Origin: Gemmatimonadota bacterium
GTDB taxonomy: Bacteria; Gemmatimonadota; Gemmatimonadetes; Gemmatimonadales; GWC2-71-9
Length of the DNA stretch: 41,149 bases
NCBI GenBank assembly: GCA_016180765.1
Contig: JACPAP010000024.1
Coordinates: 1 to 41,149 of the forward strand
Direction of reading: 5' to 3'
The translations under genes and the position numbers were made by a program. Below the pieces are notes generated by a model. The model was not told the origin of the DNA. It was given only the letters and a program-made list of their open reading frames with translations, and did not search any database. Below are positions 1 through 10,515 of the stretch, one piece after another (the stretch's first letter is position 1; each line of letters starts with the position of its first letter).

Positions 1-136
1 CCTTGATGGCGACCCGGCGATGGTGCTTGAGGTCCTCCGCAAGATACACTGTCGCCATGCCGCCACGGCCGAGTTCGCGCTCGATGCGGTAGCGGCCGGC
101 GAGCGCCGCCCTGACACGATCAACCTCGTTAGCCAC
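1..136 (-). CDS. Ser/Thr protein kinase, N-terminal fragment (gene runs off the left edge)
   Basis: Absent from the ORF track because it is edge-truncated. Reverse-strand translation of 1-136 reads [45 protein letters not shown]. That contains the Hanks kinase glycine loop (GRGGMATVY) and the VAIK lysine. GTG at 136-134 is taken as the start; an upstream in-frame GTG is also possible. Confidence 0.6.
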   Translation of the reverse strand, partial: MANEVDRVRAALAGRYRIERELGRGGMATVYLAEDLKHHRRVAIK

Positions 137-674
137 CTGCTCAGTCCCCAGCCTACTGTCGTACTGCTGTGGCCGGCCCAGCGTCACGGAGCCGGACGCC
201 GAGACCCCACGCCGCTAAAGGCGCAACATGGTTCGTGCGCAGACAACGAACGCCGGCCGGCCGCGGCCTAACCTGTATTTGGACTTGCGGGGGATCAGTG
301 CGCCGGTTCGCCGAATGCCGCAAGGCTTCGCGGGCTATTCCCCGACCAGCCAAGGCCCACGCCGCCCCCTAAACGCTTCCAACGTAGGCCCTTGCGCCCG
401 CCTAAGCTAGCCTGCCAGTGCCGGATTAGCCCAGCAAGGCACGCCATGTACTGGCGCAACCCCGCCAGCCCCGCCGCCTAAAACGCCCACGCCGCGCCCG
501 CTCTGACCCCCGCAACGCCGTGACCGGACTTCCCCACACCACCGCCCACCCCGCCCGCGCGAGAAACACCGGTACGCTCGCCGGGTATGTCGGACCCGCG
601 TGGCGCGTCGAGCAAGGTAACCTCGTTCACCATCCGGACTTGCAGGCGAATTGGTCTCGCAGCGGTTAGGAATT

Positions 675-688
675 AGGCCGCAAGGCCT
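675..688 (-). terminator. Short GC hairpin (aggcc-gcaa-ggcct) downstream of the opp operon
   Basis: A 5-bp stem with a 4-nt loop lies about 60 nt 3' of the oppF-like stop. On the transcribed strand it is followed by the A/U-richer AAUUCCUAA. Weak as an intrinsic terminator. Confidence 0.3.
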
Positions 689-744
689 GCAGCGTTACTA
701 GGTGCGGGCATGGCGCAATCCCCCGAGAACCGCTAACGAACGGG

Positions 745-1752
745 TCACCTGTGGCTGGCCCGGCCCGCATCGATCGGCTCCTCCGCGTAGTGGCACGCCG
801 CCCACCGCCCGGAGAGCACTTCGCGGAGCGGCGGCCGCTCGCTTCGGCACCGCTCGCTCTTCTTGGGGTGCGGGCACCTAGGGTGGAAGGGGCAGCCAGG
901 GGGAGGATTCGCGGCGCTCGGCGGCTCGCCCGACAGCACGATGCGGGGCCGCGCGGCCCGGGGATCCTGAACCGGGGCCGCCGCGAGCAGCGACGCGGTG
1001 TAGGGATGGAGCGGCTGCTGATAGATGGCCGCCGCCGGCGCGAGCTCAGCCACCCGCCCCAGGTACATCACCGCCACGCGGTCCGCCAGGTAGCGCACCA
1101 CCGCCAGGTCGTGCGCGATGAGCAGATAGGTAAGGCCGCGGCGCGCCTGGAGATCGGCCAGCAAGTTCAACACCTGCGCGCCGACGGAGACGTCCAGGTT
1201 CGAGATCGGTTCGTCGAGCACCAGGAACTCGGGCTCGACCGAGAGCGCCCGCGCGATCCCCACGCGCTGGCGCTGCCCCCCGGACAGCTGGTGCGGGTAG
1301 TGATCCGACAGCGTTCGGTCGAGCCCCACTTCGGCCAGTAACTCCTCCGCGCGCGCCCGTGCGCTCGAACCCCGCGCGCGCCCGTGCACCTCGAGCGGCT
1401 CCTGGATGGCGGCCCCGATCCCGAGGCGCGGGTTGAGTGACAGGGTCGCGTCCTGGAAGACGATCTGCATCCGGCGGCGCATCCGGCGAAGGCCCTCCGC
1501 TCGGAGGGCCAGGATCTCGACGCCGGCGAACCGCACGCGGCCTGCGTCCGGCTGGGTCAGACGGAGGACGCAATGTCCCAGCGTGGTCTTCCCGCTGCCG
1601 CTCTCTCCCACCACCCCGAGCGTTTCGCCCCGCGCGATCGTGAGGGTCACCGCGTCCACGGCCACGATCGCGCGTCGGCGCCCCAACAGCGGCCCCGGCA
1701 GCGAAAACCGCTTGGTGAGCGCGTCTATCTCCACCAATCGCTCCGTCGTCAT
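745..1752 (-). CDS. Oligopeptide/dipeptide ABC transporter ATP-binding protein (OppF/DppF type)
   Basis: Walker [10 protein letters not shown], signature LSGGQRQR, Walker B LVLDEP, and a C-terminal oligopeptide-transporter extension (HPYT...CPFHPRCP). The start is trimmed to the ATG at 1752, which forms an ATGA overlap with the upstream stop. The 5' extension in the track is Arg/Ala junk. Confidence 0.9.
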   Translation of the reverse strand: MTTERLVEIDALTKRFSLPGPLLGRRRAIVAVDAVTLTIARGETLGVVGESGSGKTTLGHCVLRLTQPDAGRVRFAGVEILALRAEGLRRMRRRMQIVFQDATLSLNPRLGIGAAIQEPLEVHGRARGSSARARAEELLAEVGLDRTLSDHYPHQLSGGQRQRVGIARALSVEPEFLVLDEPISNLDVSVGAQVLNLLADLQARRGLTYLLIAHDLAVVRYLADRVAVMYLGRVAELAPAAAIYQQPLHPYTASLLAAAPVQDPRAARPRIVLSGEPPSAANPPPGCPFHPRCPHPKKSERCRSERPPLREVLSGRWAACHYAEEPIDAGRASHR

Positions 1753-2741
1753 GGTGCCCGCCGCGCCGGTTCGTCGACCAGCCAGCAACGCGCGAGGTGC
1801 TCCTGATCGGTGCCGAGCAAGGAGGGCTCGGCTCCGCGGCAGCGTTCCCAGGCGTGCCGGCAGCGTGGGTGAAACCGGCAGCCGGTGGGCCATTGGGTGG
1901 CCAACGGAGGCTGGCCGGGAACTACGGGCAGCCGTGCGACGTCCCGGTCAATGCGCGGAACCGCGTGCAGCAGTGCCTCGGTGTAGGGATGCTGCGGGTG
2001 GTCGAACAGCCGGGCGGCCGGCGCCGATTCCGCAATGCGACCCGCGTACATCACCGCCACCCGGTCGGCCACCCGCGCGGCGAGCCCCAGGTCGTGCGTG
2101 ATCAACAGCACCGCGAGCCCCAGCCGCCGTTGGAGATCGCTCAACAGGTCGAGGATCTGCAGTTGAATCGTGACGTCGAGCGCGGTGGTCGGCTCGTCCG
2201 CGATCAGGACCTTGGGGTTGCCCGCCAGGGCCATGGCGATCATGACGCGCTGCTGCATGCCGCCGCTCAGCTGGTGTGGATACTGGCCGAGCCGACGGTC
2301 CGGATCGCTTATGCCGACGTCGGCCAGCAGCTCCAATGCGCGCCGGCGCGCGGCGCGCCGGTCCGGCTGCCCGTGGGCCCGCACCGTTTCCGTGATCTGG
2401 GAGCCCACGGTCATGACCGGGTTCAGGCTGCTTCCCGGCTCCTGGAAGATCATGGCCAGGTCGCCGCCGCGGACCCGCCGCAAGGCCTTCGCGTCCCAGC
2501 GCAGGATGTCGGCCCCGTCCAGCTCGACCCGGCCGGCGGGATCGATGCGGCCCGGCGGCTCCGGGATCAGCCGGAGCAGCGACAACGCCAGGGTCGTCTT
2601 GCCCGAGCCCGATTCACCGACCAGTGCGAGCGTCTCGCCGGGGTAGAGGTCCAGCGAGACGCCGTCGACCGCTCGCGCCACCAGACCTCCGGGCATCGCG
2701 AACTCGGTCGTGAGGTCCCGCACCGCGAGGAGGGGCTTCAC
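1749..2741 (-). CDS. Oligopeptide/dipeptide ABC transporter ATP-binding protein (OppD/DppD type)
   Basis: Walker [10 protein letters not shown], signature LSGGMQQRV, Walker [13 protein letters not shown]-terminal HPYT...CRFHPRC. GTG start at 2741 forms a GTGA overlap with the permease stop. Confidence 0.9.
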   Translation of the reverse strand: MKPLLAVRDLTTEFAMPGGLVARAVDGVSLDLYPGETLALVGESGSGKTTLALSLLRLIPEPPGRIDPAGRVELDGADILRWDAKALRRVRGGDLAMIFQEPGSSLNPVMTVGSQITETVRAHGQPDRRAARRRALELLADVGISDPDRRLGQYPHQLSGGMQQRVMIAMALAGNPKVLIADEPTTALDVTIQLQILDLLSDLQRRLGLAVLLITHDLGLAARVADRVAVMYAGRIAESAPAARLFDHPQHPYTEALLHAVPRIDRDVARLPVVPGQPPLATQWPTGCRFHPRCRHAWERCRGAEPSLLGTDQEHLARCWLVDEPARRAP

Positions 2742-3550
2742 CGGGTTCTCGGGTCGATGGTTTCGCGCAACGCTTCTCCCAGCACGCTGAAGGTCATGAC
2801 CGTGAGGACGACCGCGGCGCCCGGCACGATCGCCTGCCACGGCGCGGTGGCGAGGAACGCCTGGCCATCGGCGATCATGTTGCCCCAGGAGGGCATCGGC
2901 GGACGGACTCCGATCCCCAGAAACGATAGCGCCGCTTCGATCAGGATGGTGTTTCCCACCCCCAGCGTAGCGCTCACGATGATCGGGGCTGTCGCGTTGG
3001 GCAGGATGTGGCGCAGCGCGATGCGCCAGGCGGGGAGCCCCAAGGCCCGCGCCGCGAGCACGAAGTCGCGCTGCTTGAGGCTCTGGACTTCGGCCCGCAC
3101 CAGCCGGCTGGTCCCGAACCACCCAGTGAGCCCCAGCACCAGCACCAGCGCGGCGATGCCGCCGTGCTCCCACAGCGCCAGGATGACGATCAGGAGAAAC
3201 ACCCGCGGGATGGCCAGCGCCGCATCCACCGACCGCATCAAGGCGGCGTCTACCACGCCGCCGGCCAACCCGGCCGCCAGCCCGACGGCGGTCCCCACCG
3301 TGACGGCCACCACCACGGCCAAGGCGGCGATGGACAGCGACAGTCGCGCGCCGAACAGCAGCCGGCTCAGCAGGTCCCGGCTCAACGCATCGGTGCCGAG
3401 TGGATGCGCTAGCGAGGCGGGGAGCAGACGCCCCGCCACCAGGTCCAGCTGTGCGGCAGGGTCGTAGGGAGCGAGCACCGGCGCCAGCAGGGCGATCAGG
3501 TACAGCAGGCCCACTGCCGCCAGACCCATACGAACCCGCCGCGAGATCAC
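2738..3550 (-). CDS. Peptide ABC transporter permease (OppC/DppC type)
   Basis: Multi-TM BPD-transporter permease sequence (SATLGVGNTILIEAALSFLGIG). GTG start at 3550 gives a GTGA overlap with the upstream permease stop. Confidence 0.85.
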   Translation of the reverse strand: MISRRVRMGLAAVGLLYLIALLAPVLAPYDPAAQLDLVAGRLLPASLAHPLGTDALSRDLLSRLLFGARLSLSIAALAVVVAVTVGTAVGLAAGLAGGVVDAALMRSVDAALAIPRVFLLIVILALWEHGGIAALVLVLGLTGWFGTSRLVRAEVQSLKQRDFVLAARALGLPAWRIALRHILPNATAPIIVSATLGVGNTILIEAALSFLGIGVRPPMPSWGNMIADGQAFLATAPWQAIVPGAAVVLTVMTFSVLGEALRETIDPRTR

Positions 3551-4518
3551 TGGGCTTCCCGGGTCCGGGGGTCCGCGATCCGGGTCAGGACGTCGGCGAC
3601 GAAATTGCCGGCCACCACCGCCAGGGCGACGAGCGTCGCCGCTCCGGTGACCACCGGATAGTCTCGCCGCTGGATCGCCTCGAACGCCAACCGGCCCATC
3701 CCCGGCCAGGCAAAGACGGTCTCCACCAGCACGGCGCCGGAAAGCAGCACGGGCAGCGACAGCCCGAACAAGGTAATGGTGGGCAGAACGGCGTTGCGCA
3801 GCGCGTGCACGGCGACGGCCCGTTCGCTCAGACCCTTGGCCCGCGCCGTGCGGATGAAGTCCTGGCGGATCACCTCGAGCACGGCCGCGCGCTGGTACCG
3901 CGCGGTGGCGGCAGCGCCAATCAGCCCCAACGTCAACGCGGGCAGGATGAGGTGCGCCGCGCGATCCCACAGCTTGCCCAGGATGTCGCGGGCGTGATAC
4001 AGGGCCGGATCCACCACGCCGCTCACCGGCAGCCAGCCCAGCTCCTGGCCGAACACCAGCACCAACATGAGGCCAAGCCAGAAGGTCGGCACCGAGTAGA
4101 GCGTCAGCGTCACCGCCGAGCACACTCGATCGAAGCGCGAGCCGGGGCGCATGCCCTGCAGGGTGCCGACGGTGACGCCGAGCAGGAAGTCCACCAACAG
4201 GGCCGCGGCGGCCAGCAGGAGCGTGTTGGGCAGTGCGTCCCGAAACGCGTCCAGCACGGGGCGGTGCATGGTGAAGGACAACCCCCAGTCGCCGCGGAGG
4301 AGATTGGTCAGGTAGCGGACGTACTGGATATGGATGGGTCGATCCAGCGCGAAGTTGCGCCGCATTTGTGCGATGGCTTCGGCCGAGACGTAGGGATTCT
4401 CGCCGGAGCCCGCCAGCGGTGAGCCCGGGGCCAGGTGAATGAGGAGGAACGTAATCGTCGCGACGCCGAACGCGACCAGGACCGCGGCCCCGAGCCGGCG
4501 CGCGAGGAAGGCTGCCAC
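3547..4518 (-). CDS. Peptide ABC transporter permease (OppB/DppB type)
   Basis: 323 aa. The N-terminus MAAFLARRLG is typical of this family, and the EAA loop reads IRTARAKGLSERAVAVHALRNA. Confidence 0.9.
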   Translation of the reverse strand: MAAFLARRLGAAVLVAFGVATITFLLIHLAPGSPLAGSGENPYVSAEAIAQMRRNFALDRPIHIQYVRYLTNLLRGDWGLSFTMHRPVLDAFRDALPNTLLLAAAALLVDFLLGVTVGTLQGMRPGSRFDRVCSAVTLTLYSVPTFWLGLMLVLVFGQELGWLPVSGVVDPALYHARDILGKLWDRAAHLILPALTLGLIGAAATARYQRAAVLEVIRQDFIRTARAKGLSERAVAVHALRNAVLPTITLFGLSLPVLLSGAVLVETVFAWPGMGRLAFEAIQRRDYPVVTGAATLVALAVVAGNFVADVLTRIADPRTREAQ

Positions 4519-4527
4519 CCTACCGGA

Positions 4528-6177
4528 TTACGGTGCGATGACCCGGTCGCGCTCGATCAGGGCGTCGGGGTTGACGCGCCACTGCCACAACCGTGCGGTC
4601 CACAAGTCTGGCCGAAGAGCGGTATCCACGAAGCGCCGATGGGCCACCAGCACCGGGCGAGGGACATAGATCCAAATGGCGGGCACATCCGCGTTGATGA
4701 CCGCGATGGCCTGGTGCCAGAGAGCGGTCGCGCGCTCCCTGTTCCACTCGGCCACCGCCTGATCGGTGAGCCGGTCAAACTCCGGGTTATCGTAACGCTG
4801 GTAGTTGGAACCGGCGAAACCGGCGCGGGTCCAGGGCTGCCGAATGGATCTCGGACTGGGATCGCTGACCAATGAGAGGAACGCCGCGTCGAACCGGCCG
4901 GCCTGCGCGCGGCTGATGAACGTGTTGAAATCCAGCTCGGTGATCTGCATCGCGATGCCCACGCGCCGGAGCTGGTCTTGCACGATCACCGCGATGCGAC
5001 GGCGAGGTGCGCTGGTGGTAGGCACCAGGAGGTCGAACTCCAACCGGCGGCCGCTCCTGGCGCGCACCCCGTCGGCCCCCGGTCGCCACCCCAGGGAGTC
5101 GAGTGAGCGCTTCGCCGCCGCCGTATCGAAGGGCAGTGGTCCTGGGCTTTCGCTGGCCATCCAGAGCCACGGTGCGAACGGCCCGGATGGAAGCGCTCCC
5201 AGGTTGCCCAGCACGGCGCGGACGGCCGCCTCGCGATCCACGGCCATCGCGACTGCTCGCCGCAGGGCACGGTCGCCGAACAGGGGATGGGGGCTGCCCG
5301 GGCGACCCGGGGCACGCAAGTTGAATCCGACATACGAATAGGCGGATAACGCGAACGGCGTGAGGTTGAGGTGTGGGGCTCCCCGCAGCCGATCCAAGAG
5401 TTCTGGAGTCACTAGCGCCTGCGCCGCGTCCGCCTCGCCGGCGACGAGCTGCGTGACGCCGGCGGGCATGTCCGGGATGAAGCGCCAGACTACGCGGCGC
5501 AGTCCCGGGCGGCCGAGGGCATAACTCGAGTCCCCGGCCAACTCGATGCTCTGGCCGGTGGTCCACCGGACGAATCGGAAGGGGCCGCTCCCAATGGGAT
5601 TCCGGCCCAAGGGATGCGATGCGAGGCGATTTCGGGGCACCGTGTCCAACACGTGGCGCGGCAGGATCCACATCTGGAACGCGGCGTCGAAAAACGCTTC
5701 CGGGTACGAGCGGCGGAACTGGAAGGCCACGGTGTGGGAATCCGCGGCGGTCACTGAGGCGATCTCTTCCAGCAACGGCCGGGCCCCGGCGTTCACCACG
5801 GAGTCGCGGTAGACGTCGAAGGTGAAAGCGACGTCTTGGGCCGTAACGGGCCTACCGTCGTGCCAGTGCGCCCGCGGATTGAGCGTGAAGCGGAGAGTGG
5901 TGGGGGTGTCCCAGGCCCACGTCTGCGCCAGCTCCGGCACGAACCCCGAGTCACCCACCGTGCTCAGGCTGGGTCCCAGCTCCGCGAGCTTCGAGAAGAC
6001 CATCTCGGTGATCCAGAAGTCCGCGTCGGTCTGGGTGACCGGCGGCAGCAGCACGCCGGGCTCCGAGGAGACCAGCACGGCGGTACCGCACCAGTCGCCA
6101 GGGCAGCGCGGCGCTTCGCGGCAGGCGCTCGCCAGCGCGGTTGCCGCCGAGACCAACAGCAGGGCGCGGTGGGTCAT
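4528..6177 (-). CDS. ABC transporter substrate-binding protein, family 5 (OppA/DppA-like), probable lipoprotein
   Basis: SBP_bac_5-like sequence. The start is trimmed to the ATG at 6177, giving MTHRALLLVSAATALASAC with a lipobox-like LASAC. Confidence 0.85.
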   Translation of the reverse strand: MTHRALLLVSAATALASACREAPRCPGDWCGTAVLVSSEPGVLLPPVTQTDADFWITEMVFSKLAELGPSLSTVGDSGFVPELAQTWAWDTPTTLRFTLNPRAHWHDGRPVTAQDVAFTFDVYRDSVVNAGARPLLEEIASVTAADSHTVAFQFRRSYPEAFFDAAFQMWILPRHVLDTVPRNRLASHPLGRNPIGSGPFRFVRWTTGQSIELAGDSSYALGRPGLRRVVWRFIPDMPAGVTQLVAGEADAAQALVTPELLDRLRGAPHLNLTPFALSAYSYVGFNLRAPGRPGSPHPLFGDRALRRAVAMAVDREAAVRAVLGNLGALPSGPFAPWLWMASESPGPLPFDTAAAKRSLDSLGWRPGADGVRARSGRRLEFDLLVPTTSAPRRRIAVIVQDQLRRVGIAMQITELDFNTFISRAQAGRFDAAFLSLVSDPSPRSIRQPWTRAGFAGSNYQRYDNPEFDRLTDQAVAEWNRERATALWHQAIAVINADVPAIWIYVPRPVLVAHRRFVDTALRPDLWTARLWQWRVNPDALIERDRVIAP

Positions 6178-6202
6178 GGCGCGAGAATATTGGCGAACGG
6201 AC

Positions 6203-7042
6203 CTAGCGGCGCCAGGTCCAGGCGGGATCGGCGAAGACGGACAGAGGGATAGATGGACAGGCGGATGGTGCATGGTGTACCGCCTCACCGTGCTCGGCCC
6301 ACGTGTGCGCGATGGCCCGGGCCACCTCGTCGAACGACGCACGACGTCCCAGCGCCTCGGACATCGAGGTGGCGTTGGGTGGACGCGGGCGCTCCCGGCT
6401 CACCTGGGCGATGACCTCCTGCGATCCACCCAGGAGAATCGAGCCGTGCTGGAGGAAGGCACCGCCCTGACGCACCTGGGCCGAGCCAACCACTTTGCGG
6501 CCGTGGACCAGCACCTCTCCCCCGACCGGCTGGGCGAAACACGCCCCCGCGGACAGCGCGCCCGGGCGCGCCCCGGCAGGAGCCAGCGCGGCGTCCGCTC
6601 CCAGCGCTCGCAGCGCCCGAGCCAGACGCTCATGAATGACGCGGTAGCTGTCACGGAGGCAACCGAAGGCCGGGACCGGGGCCGCCACGGCGTATGTTAC
6701 TTCATCGTCGTGCCACACGGCGCGGCCGCCGGTGGGCCGGCGGACCACGCCCACGCCGAGGCGCTCGATCTCCGCTCGATCGTAGCGGGACAGGGCAGGC
6801 TCATTGCGCCCGAACGACAGGCAGGGCGGGTTCCAGCGATACAGACGGAGGTAGGCCAGGTCGCCGCGGCGATCCACGTCGTCCAGCAGCGCTTGATCGA
6901 TGGCCATGTTCTCCGCCCCGGGCCGGCCGTCGGGGTCCACCAGCAGCTGCCATGTCGGGGCGGCGGCTCGCGGCCGGGTGGGTCCCTCTGGGCGCTGTAG
7001 TGCTTGCACCCGCCCTTGCCCCTCGGGCAATGCCCGCCGCAC
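6203..7042 (-). CDS. Lipoate-protein ligase / octanoyltransferase family protein (BPL/LplA/LipB catalytic domain)
   Basis: TWQLLVDPDGRPGAENMAIDQALL...YLRLYRWNPPCLSFGRNE...VVRRPTGGRAVWHD matches the LplA/LipM N-terminal pattern. It sits next to gcvP/gcvH. The start is uncertain: ATG 7042, TTG 7030 and GTG 7009 all lie inside palindromic repeat copy A. GTG 6940 would remove the conserved first strand. Confidence 0.75.
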   Translation of the reverse strand: MRRALPEGQGRVQALQRPEGPTRPRAAAPTWQLLVDPDGRPGAENMAIDQALLDDVDRRGDLAYLRLYRWNPPCLSFGRNEPALSRYDRAEIERLGVGVVRRPTGGRAVWHDDEVTYAVAAPVPAFGCLRDSYRVIHERLARALRALGADAALAPAGARPGALSAGACFAQPVGGEVLVHGRKVVGSAQVRQGGAFLQHGSILLGGSQEVIAQVSRERPRPPNATSMSEALGRRASFDEVARAIAHTWAEHGEAVHHAPSACPSIPLSVFADPAWTWRR

Positions 7043-7068
7043 TAACGCGCCCCTCGGGACCCACCCGG
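6974..7068 (-). repeat. Palindromic intergenic element, copy A (inverted relative to copy B)
   Basis: Terminal inverted repeat ccgggtgggtccc (6974-6986) / gggacccacccgg (7056-7068). The reverse complement aligns with 17094-17185 at about 88 percent identity (hand alignment, about 10 mismatches in 86 nt). Confidence 0.75.
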
Positions 7069-7099
7069 TCGCTCGCGTAGCCCGTCCGCGTGTCCGTCC

Positions 7100-10006
7100 T
7101 CAGGCATATGCTTCGACCGGCGGACACACGCACACCAGGTTCCGGTCCCCGTAAGCCGCATCCACTCGTCCGACCGCCGGCCAGACCTTGTGCTCGCGAG
7201 TGGCACGGGTGGGGAGGCCGGCTCGCTCTCGCGAGTAGGGTCGGTTCCAGCCGTCGGCGAGCAACGCCTCCAGCGTGTGCGGCGCGTTGGTCAACAGGTT
7301 GTGCTCGCGGTCCATCTTGCCCTGCTCGATCTCGCGGATCTCCTCGCGAATCGCGATCATGGCCTCGCAGAAGCGATCCAGCTCGCCCCTGGGTTCGCTC
7401 TCGGTGGGCTCCACCATCAGCGTGCCCGGGACGGGGAACGAGACCGTGGGCGGGTGGAAGCCGTAGTCGATCAGGCGCTTCGCGATGTCTTCCACGTCGA
7501 TCCCCGACGGCTTGAACGGCCGGGTGTCGAGGATGCATTCGTGGCCGATGAGACCGTTCTTCCCGCTATAGACCAGCCCGTAGTGTCCTGCGAGTCGCCG
7601 CGCGATGTAGTTCGCGTTGAGGATGGCGAGCGTGGTCGCCTCGGTGAGCCCATCGGGGCCCATCATCGCAATGTAGGCCCAGGAGATCGGCAGGATGGAC
7701 GCGCTCCCCCACGGCGCGGCGGACACCGTGCCGCAGGACCGCTTGATGCCCAGGGGAATCACGGGATGGTCGGGCACGAACGGCGCCAGGTGCGCGGCTA
7801 CCCCGATCGGCCCCATGCCGGGGCCGCCGCCGCCGTGCGGGATGCAAAACGTCTTGTGCAGGTTGAGATGGCAAACGTCGGCCCCGATGTCCCCCGGGCG
7901 GCACAGGCCGACCTGCGCGTTCAGGTTGGCGCCGTCCATGTACACCTGGCCGCCGTGCTGGTGGACCACGTCGCAGATCTCTTTGATCCCCGCCTCGAAG
8001 ACGCCATGCGTAGAGGGATACGTGATCATCAGCGCGCCCAGCGTGTCGGCGTGCTCCTGGGCTTTGGCGCGAAGGTCGGATAGGTCCACGTCCCCCTGGG
8101 CGTTGGTCCTGACCACCACCACTTTCATGCCTGCCATGACGGCGCTGGCGGGATTGGTGCCGTGCGCGGATTGCGGGATGAGGCAGGTGGTGCGGTGCCC
8201 CTGGTTGCGGCTTCGGTGATACGCCCGGATGACCAGCAAGCCGGTAAACTCGCCCTGGGCGCCGGCGTTGGGTTGGAGCGACACCTGGGGGAAACCGGTG
8301 ATCTCGCCGAGCCAGGACTCCAGCTCGGCGAACAATTGCTGATAGCCTTGCGCCTGCTCCGGCGGCGCGAAGGGGTGGAGGCCGTTGAACTCGGGCCAGG
8401 TGATCGCCGCCATTTCCGCGGTCGCGTTGAGCTTGAGCGTGCAGGACCCCAGCGGGATCATGGCCGACGTGAGCGACAAGTCGCGGTCCTCGAGCTGCTT
8501 CAAGTACCGCAGCATCTCGGTCTCGGAGCGGTACCGGCGGAACACCGGGTGAGTGCAGAACGGGCTGGTGCGCGCGAGGCTCTGCGGAATGGCCGGCGCG
8601 ATCCTTCCGGCGAGGTCGTCCACCGAGAAGGGGAGACGCTTGCCCTGCGCGAAGATGGCCGCCAGCTCCTGGACGTCAGCAGCTGTCGTGGTCTCGTCCA
8701 GCGAGATGCCCAGCTGGGTCGGCGAGAGGACCCGCAGGTTAATGCGACGCGTGCGCGCCGCCTTGAGCAGCCGCTCCCGTTGCGCCTGCGTGACCTCGAT
8801 GCACAGGGTGTCAAAGAACTCGCCGTGCACCACGCGATACCGGAGTCGCCGCAGCGCCTCCGCCAGCAAGGCCGTGAGGCTGTGCACCCGGCGGCCAATC
8901 GCGGCGAGGCCGTCGGGTCCGTGATACACCGCGTAGGCGCCGGCCACCACGGCGAGCAGCACCTGGGCGGTACAGATGTTGCTGGTCGCCTTCTCGCGCC
9001 GGATGTGTTGCTCGCGCGTCTGCAACGCCATCCGCAGCGCGGGCCGGCCGGCACTGTCCTTGGAGACCCCGATGATCCGGCCGGGGACCAAGCGCTTGTA
9101 CGCTTCGCGCGTGGCGTAGAACGCGGCGTGCGGGCCGCCGTACCCCAGCGGGACGCCGAATCGCTGGGAATTGCCGACGGCCACGTCGGCACCCCACTCG
9201 CCCGGCGGCTGGAGCAGGGTGAGCGCCAGCAAGTCGGTGGCGGCGGTGACCAGCGCCCCCGCGGCGTGGGCCTTGTCACCAAGCGCGCGGTAGTCCCTTA
9301 TGGCCCCGTCCGTGGCTGGGTACTGGACCAGGGCCCCCACGATGCCCGGCGAGAAGGTGAACGTGGCAGGGTCTCCCACGCGAACCTCCACGCCGCGCGC
9401 CTCCGCACGGGTGCGGACCACCGCGATGGTTTGCGGGTGGCACCCTTCATCCACCAGATACACCGGGTGCTCGGGGTGATTGACGGCCAGGCTCATGGCC
9501 ATCGCCTCGGCGGCCGCCGTTCCCTCGTCCAGCAGGGACGCGTTCGCGATGGGCAGCGCCGTGAGATCGGCGACCATGGTCTGGAAGTTGAGCAACCCCT
9601 CCAGCCGGCCCTGCGCGATCTCCGCCTGGTAGGGCGTGTACGCGGTGTACCACCCCGGGTTCTCGAGGATATTCCGCTGGATCACGGGGGGCGTGATGCA
9701 ATCGTAGTAGCCCATGCCGAGGTAGGAGCGGAACACCTGGTTGTGGGACGCCATGGCGCGCAGCTCGGCCAACACCTCCCGTTCGGTTCGGGCGGCCGGC
9801 AGGTTGAGAGCGCGGTGCAGCCGGATGTTCTCGGGAACCAGGTCGTCAATCAGGGCATCGAGCGAGGGATACCCCAACACCCGCAGCATGTCCGGCACGT
9901 CGTCCGGCCGCGGCCCGACGTGACGGCGCACGAACCGGTCGGGGTGCTGGAGGGCGGACCGGGATGTGGTCTTGGGTGGGGCTTTGGCCTTCTTCGCGGT
10001 ACGCAT
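7100..10006 (-). CDS. gcvP: Glycine dehydrogenase (decarboxylating), single-chain P protein
   Basis: 968 aa, a full-length GcvP-type sequence. The PLP-lysine region reads [18 protein letters not shown]. Confidence 0.95.
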   Translation of the reverse strand: MRTAKKAKAPPKTTSRSALQHPDRFVRRHVGPRPDDVPDMLRVLGYPSLDALIDDLVPENIRLHRALNLPAARTEREVLAELRAMASHNQVFRSYLGMGYYDCITPPVIQRNILENPGWYTAYTPYQAEIAQGRLEGLLNFQTMVADLTALPIANASLLDEGTAAAEAMAMSLAVNHPEHPVYLVDEGCHPQTIAVVRTRAEARGVEVRVGDPATFTFSPGIVGALVQYPATDGAIRDYRALGDKAHAAGALVTAATDLLALTLLQPPGEWGADVAVGNSQRFGVPLGYGGPHAAFYATREAYKRLVPGRIIGVSKDSAGRPALRMALQTREQHIRREKATSNICTAQVLLAVVAGAYAVYHGPDGLAAIGRRVHSLTALLAEALRRLRYRVVHGEFFDTLCIEVTQAQRERLLKAARTRRINLRVLSPTQLGISLDETTTAADVQELAAIFAQGKRLPFSVDDLAGRIAPAIPQSLARTSPFCTHPVFRRYRSETEMLRYLKQLEDRDLSLTSAMIPLGSCTLKLNATAEMAAITWPEFNGLHPFAPPEQAQGYQQLFAELESWLGEITGFPQVSLQPNAGAQGEFTGLLVIRAYHRSRNQGHRTTCLIPQSAHGTNPASAVMAGMKVVVVRTNAQGDVDLSDLRAKAQEHADTLGALMITYPSTHGVFEAGIKEICDVVHQHGGQVYMDGANLNAQVGLCRPGDIGADVCHLNLHKTFCIPHGGGGPGMGPIGVAAHLAPFVPDHPVIPLGIKRSCGTVSAAPWGSASILPISWAYIAMMGPDGLTEATTLAILNANYIARRLAGHYGLVYSGKNGLIGHECILDTRPFKPSGIDVEDIAKRLIDYGFHPPTVSFPVPGTLMVEPTESEPRGELDRFCEAMIAIREEIREIEQGKMDREHNLLTNAPHTLEALLADGWNRPYSRERAGLPTRATREHKVWPAVGRVDAAYGDRNLVCVCPPVEAYA

Positions 10007-10028
10007 GGCGTGATCCTATTCGTGCAAA

Positions 10029-10050
10029 CGCCCTGGGAGCTACCAGGGCG
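10029..10050 (-). other. Intercistronic stem-loop between gcvH and gcvP
   Basis: cgccctgg-gagcta-ccagggcg: an 8-bp perfect stem with a 6-nt loop inside the 85-nt gcvH-gcvP spacer. Confidence 0.4.
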
Positions 10051-10091
10051 CGGGGTTCTGCCGGCGGCGCGTGGCCACTCCGGGAGCCTTG

Positions 10092-10481
10092 CTACTCGCC
10101 GATGTGTTGGGCGTAGTCGGAGGCCGTCAACAGTCGGTCCAGCTCGGCGGTGTTCTTTACGCGGAGCTTGATCATCCAGCCCTCGCCATAGGGATCTTGG
10201 TTCACCAGGCTGGGGTCGCCCTCGAGGGCCTGGTTGACCTCGACGACCTCGCCCGCCACCGGGCAGAACAGCTCGGACACCGCTTTGACGGCTTCGATGG
10301 TTCCGAACACCTCCATGCGACCGACCTTGGTCTCCACCGCGGGCAGGTCCACATACACCACGTCGCCCAACTCGCCCTGCGCGTAGTCGGTGATGCCCAC
10401 CTGGACGATGCCGGCCTCGTCGGTCGGCTTCACGTATTCGTGCTCTTCGGTGTAATGGAGGTGGTCCGGGATCTTGGACAT
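10092..10481 (-). CDS. gcvH: Glycine cleavage system H protein
   Basis: 129 aa. Contains the lipoyl-lysine motif region EAVKAV and a typical N-terminus (YTEEHEYV). Confidence 0.95.
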   Translation of the reverse strand: MSKIPDHLHYTEEHEYVKPTDEAGIVQVGITDYAQGELGDVVYVDLPAVETKVGRMEVFGTIEAVKAVSELFCPVAGEVVEVNQALEGDPSLVNQDPYGEGWMIKLRVKNTAELDRLLTASDYAQHIGE

Positions 10482-10515
10482 CGGTTCGACCCAGGTTCGG
10501 TATCAGCGCGGGCGA

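Noticed and set aside
137-744. tmRNA or RNase P RNA
   Set aside because: GGGGAAGTCCGG (reverse strand near 525) resembles the RNase P P4 strand, and ...GCCCTTGCGCCCGCCTAA resembles a tag end. However, the other universal cores are absent on both strands: GTAAGAGCGCACC, ACAGAACCCGGCTTA, and a tRNA-like T-arm with CCA end.
1797-3467. 556-aa plus-strand ORF
   Set aside because: It is antisense to the oppD/oppC-like genes, has Arg/Gly/Ala-rich junk composition and no motifs. This is a typical shadow ORF of a high-GC genome.
8162-10171. 669-aa plus-strand ORF
   Set aside because: It is entirely antisense to gcvP/gcvH and its sequence is low-complexity.
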